From: Candidatus Lloydbacteria bacterium
GTDB taxonomy: Bacteria > Patescibacteriota > Minisyncoccia > Phycocordibacterales > UBA6899
Assembly: GCA_043756785.1 (NCBI GenBank)
Contig: JAYUQK010000046.1
Coordinates: forward strand, 1-31,970
Reading direction: 5' to 3'
Length of the DNA: 31,970 nucleotides
Position numbers and translations under genes: made by a program. The notes below the pieces were generated by a model. It did no database searches, was not told the origin of the DNA, and saw nothing but the letters and a program-made list of their open reading frames with translations. Positions 16,753 through 25,664 of this stretch are shown here, one piece after another. Each line of letters starts with the position of its first letter. Position 1 is the first letter of the stretch.

Positions 16753-18132
16753 TTATTTCCTGATACTCCCCGCAGCGTCTCCCGCCTCTTCTATTGTGGG
16801 AGGGGTAACACTGTCTCCCTCCGTGTTTTCTGGTGCCTGCTTTATGCGCATAGACCAAAGAAAGCTCGTGTGCTTGTCGGTAAAGAATAGAAATTTTTCA
16901 GCACGATCAACAAAGGGCATTGTAGCATCGAGGCTCTTTTCCACATCCTGCTTAGGGTCCCCAAGGAGCCTAATATCAGTGGTGCGCGCGTCGACAGCCC
17001 AAAAGGTGTCGTCAAACGAAAGTAACCCTTGGTACCACTCATCAGGGATCATCTTTTTTTCAGTGTTCGTAAATGATGCACAATAGAGGCGTGCACCCCC
17101 CGCTGCCCATACACATTTTTCTGGAAGAGTAGTGAGGGGGAGTGCCTGCTCGTGGGTGACGAGCCCCTCATCCCCGTTATACCCCTTCTCGCTATATATC
17201 CCCACCGTGGCATTTCCGTTGATGTTCTCACCAAAGAGCACGTCGCCACCACTCACCATCCCGAGCGTGGTGAGTCCGTTTTTCTCACGCGCGATACGCG
17301 TCATCGACTTATCTGTGGGGTTGTAGAGATAGGAAAATCCTGCTGTGGCCGCAGAGGGCTTTGTGGTGAGTATTATTTTTCCGTCATTCAATATTTGTGG
17401 AAGCCATTCAGCAAAGGCACTCTCAAGTACTAGCTTGGGGTCTTTTATTGAGTCGAGCTGTACCACGTATCCAAGTACCCCCACCTCAGTAGGGAGAAGG
17501 TAAAACAATTTCGTGCCGTCTGGTGAGATGGAGACTGCACTGATATTGTCGGAGAGGTATTTTCCGCGAATCTCCCCTACCGCATCAGAGGAGTTTTGAG
17601 TACTACTTGGGAGGGAGATCTCACTGAGATATGTTTTTATTGTGTCGTACCCAAGCGAGCGGTCGAGATAGCGGAGCACGACAGTATCCCCATTGTTTCC
17701 AAAATACGCTTCGTACACCTGAGGGATAAGCGTATTAGTGAGCTGGCGCGTCGCAGCAGATACTGTGTCGAATTCAAATATCGTACCTCGCTCGCGCAGT
17801 ACATAGCGGACGAGTGTCTTACCGCTCTCCTCGAGCACCGTCGCACCTGCGATGGGTTTGTCGGTGATTTGCCGGAAAAGAGGCAGAAGCATATCGCTAC
17901 CTGGGATCGGCTGCCGCACACCAGGGTCAAGAGAGCCTGTGTTTGTGGCACTACTGCGCAGTGTGTCAGGGAGCACCTCTCCGAACGGTAGTACTTTTCC
18001 AATAGAGATGGCGATGGGTGAGTCTTTTGCAAAGCGCAGTACAAGAAAAGCCACAAGGGCGAGGATGAGGATGAAGGCAATTCCTCCAATGATGACCCAC
18101 TTTATGATTCCACTTTTGTTTTCTTCCTGCAT
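16753..18132 (-). CDS. Membrane-anchored beta-propeller-like (TolB/PD40-like) extracellular protein, 459 aa
   Basis: The start is MQEENKSG (18132), followed by one N-terminal TM and beta-rich repeats including 'SISPDGTKLFY' and 'PEKCVWA...LYCA'. Confidence 0.75.
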   Translation of the reverse strand: MQEENKSGIIKWVIIGGIAFILILALVAFLVLRFAKDSPIAISIGKVLPFGEVLPDTLRSSATNTGSLDPGVRQPIPGSDMLLPLFRQITDKPIAGATVLEESGKTLVRYVLRERGTIFEFDTVSAATRQLTNTLIPQVYEAYFGNNGDTVVLRYLDRSLGYDTIKTYLSEISLPSSTQNSSDAVGEIRGKYLSDNISAVSISPDGTKLFYLLPTEVGVLGYVVQLDSIKDPKLVLESAFAEWLPQILNDGKIILTTKPSAATAGFSYLYNPTDKSMTRIAREKNGLTTLGMVSGGDVLFGENINGNATVGIYSEKGYNGDEGLVTHEQALPLTTLPEKCVWAAGGARLYCASFTNTEKKMIPDEWYQGLLSFDDTFWAVDARTTDIRLLGDPKQDVEKSLDATMPFVDRAEKFLFFTDKHTSFLWSMRIKQAPENTEGDSVTPPTIEEAGDAAGSIRK

Positions 18133-18145
18133 GGTGATGGAGATA

Positions 18146-19138
18146 TTATTCGGCAGTAAATGAAATTTCAGTGCTTGCCCGCGCCTCTTGGAGTATGCGT
18201 TTTGGGTTTTGTATACGGAGCGACACCCCATACGTAGGACTGCTGCCCTCAGGCTTCACGAGGGTGAGGTATTGAGGCGAGAGTCCTGGTGAGGTGTATT
18301 TGCGGTCTACTTCCCATGTGTAAATAAGATTGCCGTTCAACAAGTTGTCCGAGGAAAAAAAGTATGGTACTGCGTAGATAGTAGCCTCCGTCTCTTTTGA
18401 GGAAAGCGTTTTGATGATGGGTTTACGTAGCTCTACGCCCAAGAGTGGGTCACGCTCGTAGAATACAATTTTTGCCTCACCCGCTGAGATGCTCGCATTC
18501 TTCACCCCCACCCAGTCGGTGCCCAAGAGGCGCACTTCTGCGGTGATGGGCACTGGTGTGCCTGCGTATCCCATGGGTATGACGACGCTGTTCTTCCCTT
18601 GCGCTTCTCCGAGGCCTTGGACGCGGTTGTACGTCCATTTATAGTAGTAGTCTTTGGGGTTGCTCGTGAGTGCACTGAAGCGAGGTATCGCCGTCACGCG
18701 CACAAGGCTTTTGAAAGTGGGGAGTGCTTTGCCTTTGTAAAATGGAGGAGTGTAGGTCTGTGCTTCCCATAGGAGGTCTACCTCCGCAGGAGCTATCACA
18801 AATTGTTTGTCGAGCTTGTCCCCTGCGGCAGTGATGATGATGACGTCGATAATTGTTTTTTCTCCGAAATAAGGGGTAGTGATGGTAATTTCTTTTTCTG
18901 CAATGCCGTTTTTGACGAACTCTTTGTTTACTATCCATGCGATATCCGCCGTATTGAGGTCGACCGCAAAAGAGTTGAGTCGTACGAGCACTTGCTCGAG
19001 AGCCCCCGGAGACTTGGGTGTGGTAACAAAATTAATGAGATCAACCGGCGCCGCCATGGAAATAATCGGCGTGGCGACTAGTGTAAAAAATACCCCCATA
19101 CCCACAAGTAAAACACGTTTTTTAAGACCAAGATGCAT
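18146..19138 (-). CDS. Secreted beta-rich (Ig/PKD-like) protein, 330 aa
   Basis: Signal peptide ending ISMA|AP and repeated beta-sandwich-like segments (IAWIVN, YYYKWTYN, LIYTWEVD). Confidence 0.8.
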   Translation of the reverse strand: MHLGLKKRVLLVGMGVFFTLVATPIISMAAPVDLINFVTTPKSPGALEQVLVRLNSFAVDLNTADIAWIVNKEFVKNGIAEKEITITTPYFGEKTIIDVIIITAAGDKLDKQFVIAPAEVDLLWEAQTYTPPFYKGKALPTFKSLVRVTAIPRFSALTSNPKDYYYKWTYNRVQGLGEAQGKNSVVIPMGYAGTPVPITAEVRLLGTDWVGVKNASISAGEAKIVFYERDPLLGVELRKPIIKTLSSKETEATIYAVPYFFSSDNLLNGNLIYTWEVDRKYTSPGLSPQYLTLVKPEGSSPTYGVSLRIQNPKRILQEARASTEISFTAE

Positions 19139-19169
19139 ACAATAATTTTACCCTATTTTACCCACGCGC

Positions 19170-19646
19170 TCAACCGCGTCTGTGAACAGCATACCGAAGC
19201 GCATGGGCGATAAGGTTGTCCTTGCGAATGGCATTTTCAAGGATACTGATGAGCACAAACATGACTGTAGTCATTGGGAGAAGCTCTAATACGGGGAAAG
19301 ACTCGATAAAAAAAGCAACGACACGAATAACAATCCGCTTGATCTGCGCCTTCATATGTAGACCACCATGTGTATAAAAATACACATGGGTGAGTATAAA
19401 CACGGCCAATGTTATACCGATACCTAAAATCCAAAAAAATATAGCGAGCGGAATCGTCACAATTGCAGCGGTAAACGCCAGCTTCATCGCAAAAAACATA
19501 AAATCGCTTGCATCATCGAGAATACAAACACCGAGCGTCATCCACCACAAAACCCCACCAAGTTTTTCGGGTGGGGAAGCCCCTGCCTCTTGGTCCGGAG
19601 AAGAGTATTCAGTTTGGTTCACATCTTGTTGTCTCGGTGAGGCCAT
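19170..19646 (-). CDS. Integral membrane protein (3-4 TM) downstream of virB4, 158 aa
   Basis: Polar N-terminus, hydrophobic core and IESFPVLELLPMTT motif. It starts 8 nt after virB4. Confidence 0.8.
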   Translation of the reverse strand: MASPRQQDVNQTEYSSPDQEAGASPPEKLGGVLWWMTLGVCILDDASDFMFFAMKLAFTAAIVTIPLAIFFWILGIGITLAVFILTHVYFYTHGGLHMKAQIKRIVIRVVAFFIESFPVLELLPMTTVMFVLISILENAIRKDNLIAHALRYAVHRRG

Positions 19647-19654
19647 AGAAATTT

Positions 19655-21454
19655 TTACCCCTGCGTCGCCAAAAGTTCTGCTTTTGCCTTTGCGATGGCG
19701 AGCATTTGGGCGGGGTCGGAGGAGACGATCTGGTCTTCGGTGTAGGATGCATAGACTTTTATTGCCACATGCTTTAGTCCTGCGAAAAAGAGCCCTTCTC
19801 CCACTCCAGACTCAAGGAGGAGGTATTTTTCCTCGTCTGTGAGGTGAAAAGTGGATTGAACGAGGTCGATAGTGGTGGGCGACTGCTTTAGGAGTATTTG
19901 TATGGAGGAATTTGTGAGGATGGGGAGCCCGTACGGGGAGCGCAAGAAGTCATTCACGTCTTGGGTAATGGTGGCCACTCCGAGGAAGTATTTGCGCCCA
20001 CGCTTGGCGAGACCAAAAAGGAAGGAGGCAGTATCTTCAGACTTCATCATCCACCACGCTTCGTCGACGACGAGGAGGCGCTTGCGGAGCTCCTTGCGTA
20101 CTGCGGTCCAGATGTGGTGTGTGACGATGTATACGGCGACGGGCTTCAGCTCGTCTTCCATGTTGCGCACAGAAAATACCGTAAAGCGCTTCGTAATGTC
20201 GACGTTGGTCGGTTTGTTGAGAAAGCCAGACCATGTACCCTTGGTATATTTTTCGAGGCGCTGGAGGAGTGACTCTGTGCCGTCCATTCCCGATAGTACG
20301 AGCTCGAAGTCGGAGAGGAGTGGCGCTTCGATATCCGCAAAATTGACGTCCCCGGTGATATCCCTCAGTGCATAGGTTTCAGCAATGGCACGGTCTACGA
20401 TAGAGTCTTCTTCTGGGGTGAGTCCGCCGAGCATGATACGAAAGAGTCCTACAAGAAAAATGATATTCGAGCGGAGCACGTCTTCTCCAGACTCATCCTC
20501 ACGCGGTGCGGGTAGGTCGAATGGATTGATATGGTGCTCTGAGTTGAGTGAAATATTAAAATATCGCCCTCCGGTAGCCTCTGCGAGGAAGCCATACTCA
20601 GACTCAGGGTCGATCACAATGACGTCCGCATCGAACATGAGTGTACGGATGATCTCGAGTTTTGTTGAATACGATTTACCAGATCCTGAAACAGCAAAAG
20701 TGACCGAGTTGTAGTTGGGCATTCCAAAGCGGTCAAAGAGAACCAAGGAGGCATTGTGGCGGTTTATACCCCAGAGAATACCTTTGTCTGACGTGAGGTC
20801 AAATGAAACAAAAGGGAATATCGACGAGAGGGGTGCAGAATTCATTTTGTAATGCACCGCGAGCTCATCGGTCATAATGGGAAGTACGCTGCGAAATGCC
20901 TGCTCTTGCTGGAATATTGCGGGCTTTAAATAGACGAGTTTTGCATCGAGGATAGACTTGATCTCACTCTCTGCTTTGTCGAGCTCCCCTTTTTCATTTG
21001 CGTAGACGGTAATGTAGAGCCCCACGTCAAAGAGTCGTTCTTGCGCCTGCTGGAGTTTGTCACGCAGGCCCTCGAGGTCTTGGTATGCGATATCAAGCAC
21101 GGGGTCACGCACAAAGCCTTTACGCTCGCGCTCGTTGATCTGGCTCTGCACCTCGGCAACTTTTTTCTGAAATGAGCGCAGTGCAAGCTCTGTCTCGATG
21201 GGGTGGATCATGATGGACACATCGTATACACGGTCGAGATTAATGATGGGCGTGAACCAGTCTTGGGAGAGGAATCGTGGGTAGGAGATCACAAAGAGTG
21301 TGCGTGCGATTTTGTCGCCTATATAAATTTCTTTTGGAGTTATTTTTATTGCTGCAGGTGCGAGAATATCCTTCATGTCGAGGTTTGTTGCCTCAAAAAT
21401 ATCTGAAGGAAGGGCACCAGTATTAAGATTTTCAAGTTCTTTTCGGTCTGTCAT
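19655..21454 (-). CDS. virB4: VirB4-like type IV secretion ATPase (C-terminal/main part), 599 aa
   Basis: GILWGIN, Walker A AVSGSGKS, VIVIDPESEY, INPFD, Walker B LLVVDEAW, KRGRKY and ITQD. It follows prgI. Confidence 0.88.
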   Translation of the reverse strand: MTDRKELENLNTGALPSDIFEATNLDMKDILAPAAIKITPKEIYIGDKIARTLFVISYPRFLSQDWFTPIINLDRVYDVSIMIHPIETELALRSFQKKVAEVQSQINERERKGFVRDPVLDIAYQDLEGLRDKLQQAQERLFDVGLYITVYANEKGELDKAESEIKSILDAKLVYLKPAIFQQEQAFRSVLPIMTDELAVHYKMNSAPLSSIFPFVSFDLTSDKGILWGINRHNASLVLFDRFGMPNYNSVTFAVSGSGKSYSTKLEIIRTLMFDADVIVIDPESEYGFLAEATGGRYFNISLNSEHHINPFDLPAPREDESGEDVLRSNIIFLVGLFRIMLGGLTPEEDSIVDRAIAETYALRDITGDVNFADIEAPLLSDFELVLSGMDGTESLLQRLEKYTKGTWSGFLNKPTNVDITKRFTVFSVRNMEDELKPVAVYIVTHHIWTAVRKELRKRLLVVDEAWWMMKSEDTASFLFGLAKRGRKYFLGVATITQDVNDFLRSPYGLPILTNSSIQILLKQSPTTIDLVQSTFHLTDEEKYLLLESGVGEGLFFAGLKHVAIKVYASYTEDQIVSSDPAQMLAIAKAKAELLATQG

Positions 21455-21463
21455 AGCTATGTA

Positions 21464-22105
21464 TTATACGGAAGCCCCCAGCTCGCCAGGGTTAAATTTT
21501 TTATAAAACAACTCTGTGACTTCTTCGGTACCCAAGCGCACCGTACGCAAGTCACAGCGGCTTAAACCTTGCTCAACAATGGAGACACGCTGCTCAAGCT
21601 GCACCCGTGCCTCCTCGAAGCTCTCAATCTCCTTCAGCTTCGCTTTTTGCGTTTTTACTGCTGGGGTAAGCCAGCCCAGCTTTCCCGTAGATTTTTCAGA
21701 TCCAGACGACTCACTGCGAGGACTAAAGGGAATAATAATAAAGAAGTTTTTTGACATAATATTCGTGCGGTCGGTAAACTCCTTAATGAATCCAATGTAT
21801 TCATGGACCTGAATTTTCATGGCGTCGATGAGTTGGGCCTTCTCTCGCTCCTCGAGTAGCTTGAGGTATGGTTTGATGTCGAGGCGTTTCGACTGGATGG
21901 ATATTTGAATAGGAAACTCAAGAGAGTTTAAAACATTTTGAAACTGCAAGAGAATTGCCGCCTGCTCATCTGTTGACTTTAGTCCGAAGTTTAAGGACGA
22001 GGTCATGAGCATCATGCGGAGGTTGCCGTTATTGAGCACGATAACCCCATTTTTAATGTCTTTTATGGGAACAAAATCTTGCGTGGGTTTTCCTAGGTTG
22101 GGCAT
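21464..22105 (-). CDS. TraC/VirB4 N-terminal-domain-like protein, 213 aa
   Basis: The start is MPNLGKPTQDFVPIKDI (22105). 'GVIVL..G...MLMTSSLNFGLKS.DEQ..I..QFQNVLNSL.FPIQI.IQS' resembles the N-terminus of Gram-positive VirB4 (PrgJ/ConE-type). Confidence 0.75.
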   Translation of the reverse strand: MPNLGKPTQDFVPIKDIKNGVIVLNNGNLRMMLMTSSLNFGLKSTDEQAAILLQFQNVLNSLEFPIQISIQSKRLDIKPYLKLLEEREKAQLIDAMKIQVHEYIGFIKEFTDRTNIMSKNFFIIIPFSPRSESSGSEKSTGKLGWLTPAVKTQKAKLKEIESFEEARVQLEQRVSIVEQGLSRCDLRTVRLGTEEVTELFYKKFNPGELGASV

Positions 22106-22122
22106 AAGTGTGTGGGGTTTTA

Positions 22123-22575
22123 TTATAGCACCAATGAGTCTTGGTGGACCTTTTGCTCCTCCACGGTCGAGGAGTGTACGTCGATAGACCAACTAAGGTC
22201 ACTGAGTTTATTTGTTGTAGTGGGGGATGTGATGAGTGTGGAAATGTGTTTTGTTGACTGAAAGTGGTCGAGGTTTAAGTGTATCTCTTCTGTCTTTTTT
22301 TCACGACGCCTCCAAATGTAGAGACGCGCACTTTTAATGAAATAGAACGCAGACTCGATCATGTCGGCAAAAGGTTTTTTGTTTGGCCTATAGTAGGCGA
22401 GTGCAGCGCCTAGCCCCACGCATCCTGCTCCTACTATGTAGCCAACGTAGGGCACAAAGCGTTGTGCTACGTACCCTAGGCCCACCCCACCGACAAGGTA
22501 AAGGAATTGCTTCATGGTAAATGGGCCAACTATTTTGTCCTCGACGTCGAGGAATTGGGGCATTTGAAACTGCAT
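22123..22575 (-). CDS. prgI: PrgI family (VirB3-like) membrane protein
   Basis: MQFQMPQFLDVEDKIVGPFTMKQF, two TM segments and RPNKKPF. It sits directly upstream of the VirB4 parts. Confidence 0.85.
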   Translation of the reverse strand: MQFQMPQFLDVEDKIVGPFTMKQFLYLVGGVGLGYVAQRFVPYVGYIVGAGCVGLGAALAYYRPNKKPFADMIESAFYFIKSARLYIWRRREKKTEEIHLNLDHFQSTKHISTLITSPTTTNKLSDLSWSIDVHSSTVEEQKVHQDSLVL

Positions 22576-22657
22576 GTACTACAGTATAGCAAAAAGTATC
22601 AAAGGTGACTTCTCATATCTTCCCTAATTTACTTTTTCCCCAAGGCTCTAGGCATTT

Positions 22658-23323
22658 TTAGTGTGGCAGTTCCCTGTACTGATCAAACGCGCGCGTTGTG
22701 GTGGTAGCTGCATCTGGCTGCGGCCTTGATGCGGGCATCGCCACTTGAGGGTTCGGGGGTATCACCTGTGTGGGGTTTGCCACCCCCATGCTTGATGAGA
22801 GCTCTCCTTTCATGCGGAATGCACCTCCTAATTTTTGCTCAAAAATACTTCCGGTAGGCACAGGAGGCACAATGGGCGCTGACACTATGGGTGCCACAGA
22901 CAGCACATTCCCTGGAGCTTTGTTTGCGAGTGCTGCTGCCGCCGACATTTCCCCAGGAAGGCAAGTCACAAGCGATGGATCTAGTGGTGCGACTACTTCC
23001 TTTTTCTCTGGAGTAGCGTGGACTTCTTGCAGCGCATCCTTCACCAGACTAAAAATGTCACGATTAATATCTTGGGCAAGGTACGCCGCTTTCTCTCTGG
23101 ATACACTGAGTTCGTCGGCTATTGTTTCGACGAATGCGACTGGTGTGATCACCCCCCGCATAAGGTTTGCAGTTATGCGCACGAGGAAGCCCCGCTCCAT
23201 GATAGGGAGACCCTGCTTTTCTCCTATGGCCTCGATTTTCTCCGCAGTATCTTCGCGACTGAGTATTTCACGGATCGCAATAGGGAGCTCTGCCCATGGT
23301 TTTTTCTGTGTGAAGTTCGTCAT
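22658..23323 (-). CDS. Soluble hypothetical protein with a helical N-domain, Pro-rich tail and terminal D.YRE motif, 221 aa
   Basis: Open frame starting 3 nt after the virB6 stop and ending FDQYRELPH. Confidence 0.8.
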   Translation of the reverse strand: MTNFTQKKPWAELPIAIREILSREDTAEKIEAIGEKQGLPIMERGFLVRITANLMRGVITPVAFVETIADELSVSREKAAYLAQDINRDIFSLVKDALQEVHATPEKKEVVAPLDPSLVTCLPGEMSAAAALANKAPGNVLSVAPIVSAPIVPPVPTGSIFEQKLGGAFRMKGELSSSMGVANPTQVIPPNPQVAMPASRPQPDAATTTTRAFDQYRELPH

Positions 23324-23326
23324 ATA

Positions 23327-25660
23327 TTAGATGGTGGGTGCGGTCGGTGGGATCACTCGCGACTGTGGGGCCGAGCGCGCCGCTGCCGCAGTCCGAGCGT
23401 TTTGCTGCGAGTCTGCCGTCCGTGTTTGCGCTTCCGTGTTGTATTTTTGGAGGTTTTCCTCGAATTTTGCTGCAAGTGCAGCATCAGTATTTTTTAGTTT
23501 TGTCCTGAGTTCACCTATGACTTTTGTGCCGTAATTACTCACGACAGCTTCATGGATGATGAGGTCGTTGGAGAGTTGGCTTATTTCTTCAGCACTACCC
23601 ATCATGCCGAGTGTCCTTTCTACCTCCTCTTTTTGTTTTACTGCATAGAGCTTGAATGCATCAGAGTCCTTGCCGAGCGCTGTCTTCTGGTTGTCATAAT
23701 CAGTGGTGAGTGTGGCGAGGCTTGCTGGAGCGTCGTAAGAGAATGGCCCAGAAACTTTCGTTTGGCTCTTCATGTAGTTTTTTGCAGAATCAGTGCCATT
23801 TTGTGCAACACCCGCAGTAATAGCACTTATCGTTTCTGGGGTGAGTTCAGTCGATTTTAGTGTGAGTGCAGTGAGGTCTTCTCTGCGTAAGGCAGAAATG
23901 ACGGGAGCCATCTTCAAGTGGTCTTGTGTGAGTAGGTCCGCAGACTCTTTTCCAGAGAGTTGGCCAAGAAGTTCCTTCATCTTCTTTGCGACATCTTTCT
24001 CGATAGTGATAAGCTCGGCAGTGCCCATACTCGAGTCTTTTGTCGCAGCCTCATAGCGAGCATGCTCTTTTTTGAATTCGTCTTTTACGCTCTGCGTCTT
24101 CTCCCCGCGGTCGAGTTCTGTCTTCACGTCCTTATTGCGCTTTGCTGCCAAGTCGACTCCGCGATCGCCAAGATACATTTTTTGTGCAGCGGGGTCAGCG
24201 GCGTAGCGCGCTTTGGCGGCGTCGATCAATTCCTTCTCTTTTGCTGTGCCACGATAACCCTTCGTGAGACTGCTGAGTACTTGCCCTGTTTCACCATAGT
24301 TTTTCTTGCTTCCGGCACCAGCATTCACACCCCCGAGGCCGAGTAGTTTATTGGCACCAGCATTGCGTGCATCCCATGTACCCTTCTTCATCTTCTCACC
24401 GCTTGCAAGGCCAAGGTTCCCTGCAAAGCGAGAAATACGACTGTCTTTGTTTGCCGCCATCTCCTGTAGTTTTTTATTTTCAGAAACCCGTTTTCCGAGC
24501 CACCCACCACCTTGCCTTCCGACCATTGCAGCACCAGCAAATGTTGCCCCCGCACCGTAGCCGAGGTATTTTTTGGCGAGCCTACTTCCCTGCTCCCCTG
24601 CACCACCAGAGACCGAGCTTGCAACGGTGAGTGACGCAAGAAGAAGAATAATAACGACGAGGAAGTTATAGATAATAGGAAAGCTTCCCACATCTCCCGA
24701 AAACACCCCTCCAAATTTTGCGCCATTTGAGTTTGTCAGTTTTTGTAGGTCGAGCCCATTGATGATGATGATGTCGAGGTAAAGCATACCCAAAAATGCG
24801 GGCGCAACAAACGCATTTCCTATGAGTTTACTCAGCCACTTGTTTGCATAGCTACCACCCCCAGGAAGCGCAAAGCTTAAAAAGGCAAATGGCGATGCAA
24901 TCATGAGTAAAATAAGTGTCACCGTGCGCACGATCATCATGATTGCCCCAGAGAGAAAGACAAATCCCGCAATAAGCATTACCAGCGCGCCACCGAGGTA
25001 GGTGAGTGTTCTTGTTTGCGCACTGCTATCCGTAGGCTTCCCATCCTTGTCTTTGAGGTCAAAGTTTGTTTGCAGCTTCAGTCCTTGCATCAAGTTTTCC
25101 GCGGCGCTTGGGTCTGGCTTCCCTACAATAGTCATTTTTTCCCAGAACCCCATGGCGAGCACGTTGCCCGCGTCGATGACTACTTTGGTGGCAAAGAGGC
25201 TGAAATTAATGAGAATGGCGGCGATGATGAGATTTGCTACCCACTTTTTTGTGCTGCTTCCCGCAAGGCCGAGAATAGTCTTGATGGCAATATACAGGAG
25301 AGCAAAGATAAAGAACATATTCGAAAAGTCGCGCACAGTAGTCCAACCAACGTTTATGACTTGGAGGTTTTGATACAAACTACTCGATATTGTCATCGCT
25401 ATTCCCATGTCGAGAAGTTTTCCCATCACGACAACAAATAGCCCCGCTACCCAGAATATAAAATTCGCAATTGGCTCGAGCAGCGTGAAGAGCAAAGAGC
25501 TTGCCCCATCCGTAACAAAATCCCATGCCTTACCGAGCATGCTTGGCTCCGCAGCATAAGAAATTTCAGGTACGAATAATAGCGCAGCAACAAAAAAGCC
25601 ACCCATGCCCAAAAAGAATGAGAGCTTCTTTTGTCGAAATGAATAATAGTACAGGTTCAT
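23327..25660 (-). CDS. virB6: Extended VirB6/TrbL-like polytopic membrane protein, 777 aa
   Basis: About 7-8 TM segments in the first 350 aa (W..VRDFSNMFFIFALLYIAI, LINFSLF...VID, IVRTV.L..L...SPFAF, W..KL...AF.AP), then a hydrophilic tail of about 420 aa. Confidence 0.75.
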   Translation of the reverse strand: MNLYYYSFRQKKLSFFLGMGGFFVAALLFVPEISYAAEPSMLGKAWDFVTDGASSLLFTLLEPIANFIFWVAGLFVVVMGKLLDMGIAMTISSSLYQNLQVINVGWTTVRDFSNMFFIFALLYIAIKTILGLAGSSTKKWVANLIIAAILINFSLFATKVVIDAGNVLAMGFWEKMTIVGKPDPSAAENLMQGLKLQTNFDLKDKDGKPTDSSAQTRTLTYLGGALVMLIAGFVFLSGAIMMIVRTVTLILLMIASPFAFLSFALPGGGSYANKWLSKLIGNAFVAPAFLGMLYLDIIIINGLDLQKLTNSNGAKFGGVFSGDVGSFPIIYNFLVVIILLLASLTVASSVSGGAGEQGSRLAKKYLGYGAGATFAGAAMVGRQGGGWLGKRVSENKKLQEMAANKDSRISRFAGNLGLASGEKMKKGTWDARNAGANKLLGLGGVNAGAGSKKNYGETGQVLSSLTKGYRGTAKEKELIDAAKARYAADPAAQKMYLGDRGVDLAAKRNKDVKTELDRGEKTQSVKDEFKKEHARYEAATKDSSMGTAELITIEKDVAKKMKELLGQLSGKESADLLTQDHLKMAPVISALRREDLTALTLKSTELTPETISAITAGVAQNGTDSAKNYMKSQTKVSGPFSYDAPASLATLTTDYDNQKTALGKDSDAFKLYAVKQKEEVERTLGMMGSAEEISQLSNDLIIHEAVVSNYGTKVIGELRTKLKNTDAALAAKFEENLQKYNTEAQTRTADSQQNARTAAAARSAPQSRVIPPTAPTI

Positions 25661-25664
25661 GTGC

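Noticed and set aside
16736-16858. Track start of the pilin ORF at 16858, and upstream extensions at 18231, 22192 and 27998
   Set aside because: The extensions overlap upstream genes and read as nonsense. Downstream ATGs give signal peptides or TMs and, at 22105 and 27893, matching -10 boxes.
19141-19163. Tandem repeat attttaccc x2
   Set aside because: Too short to be an array. It is explained by the promoter and stop-codon context.
22770-23497. Plus-strand ORFs 22770-23330 and 23018-23497 (and similarly 28348-28899 and 19390-19842)
   Set aside because: Shadows of well-supported minus-strand cluster genes.
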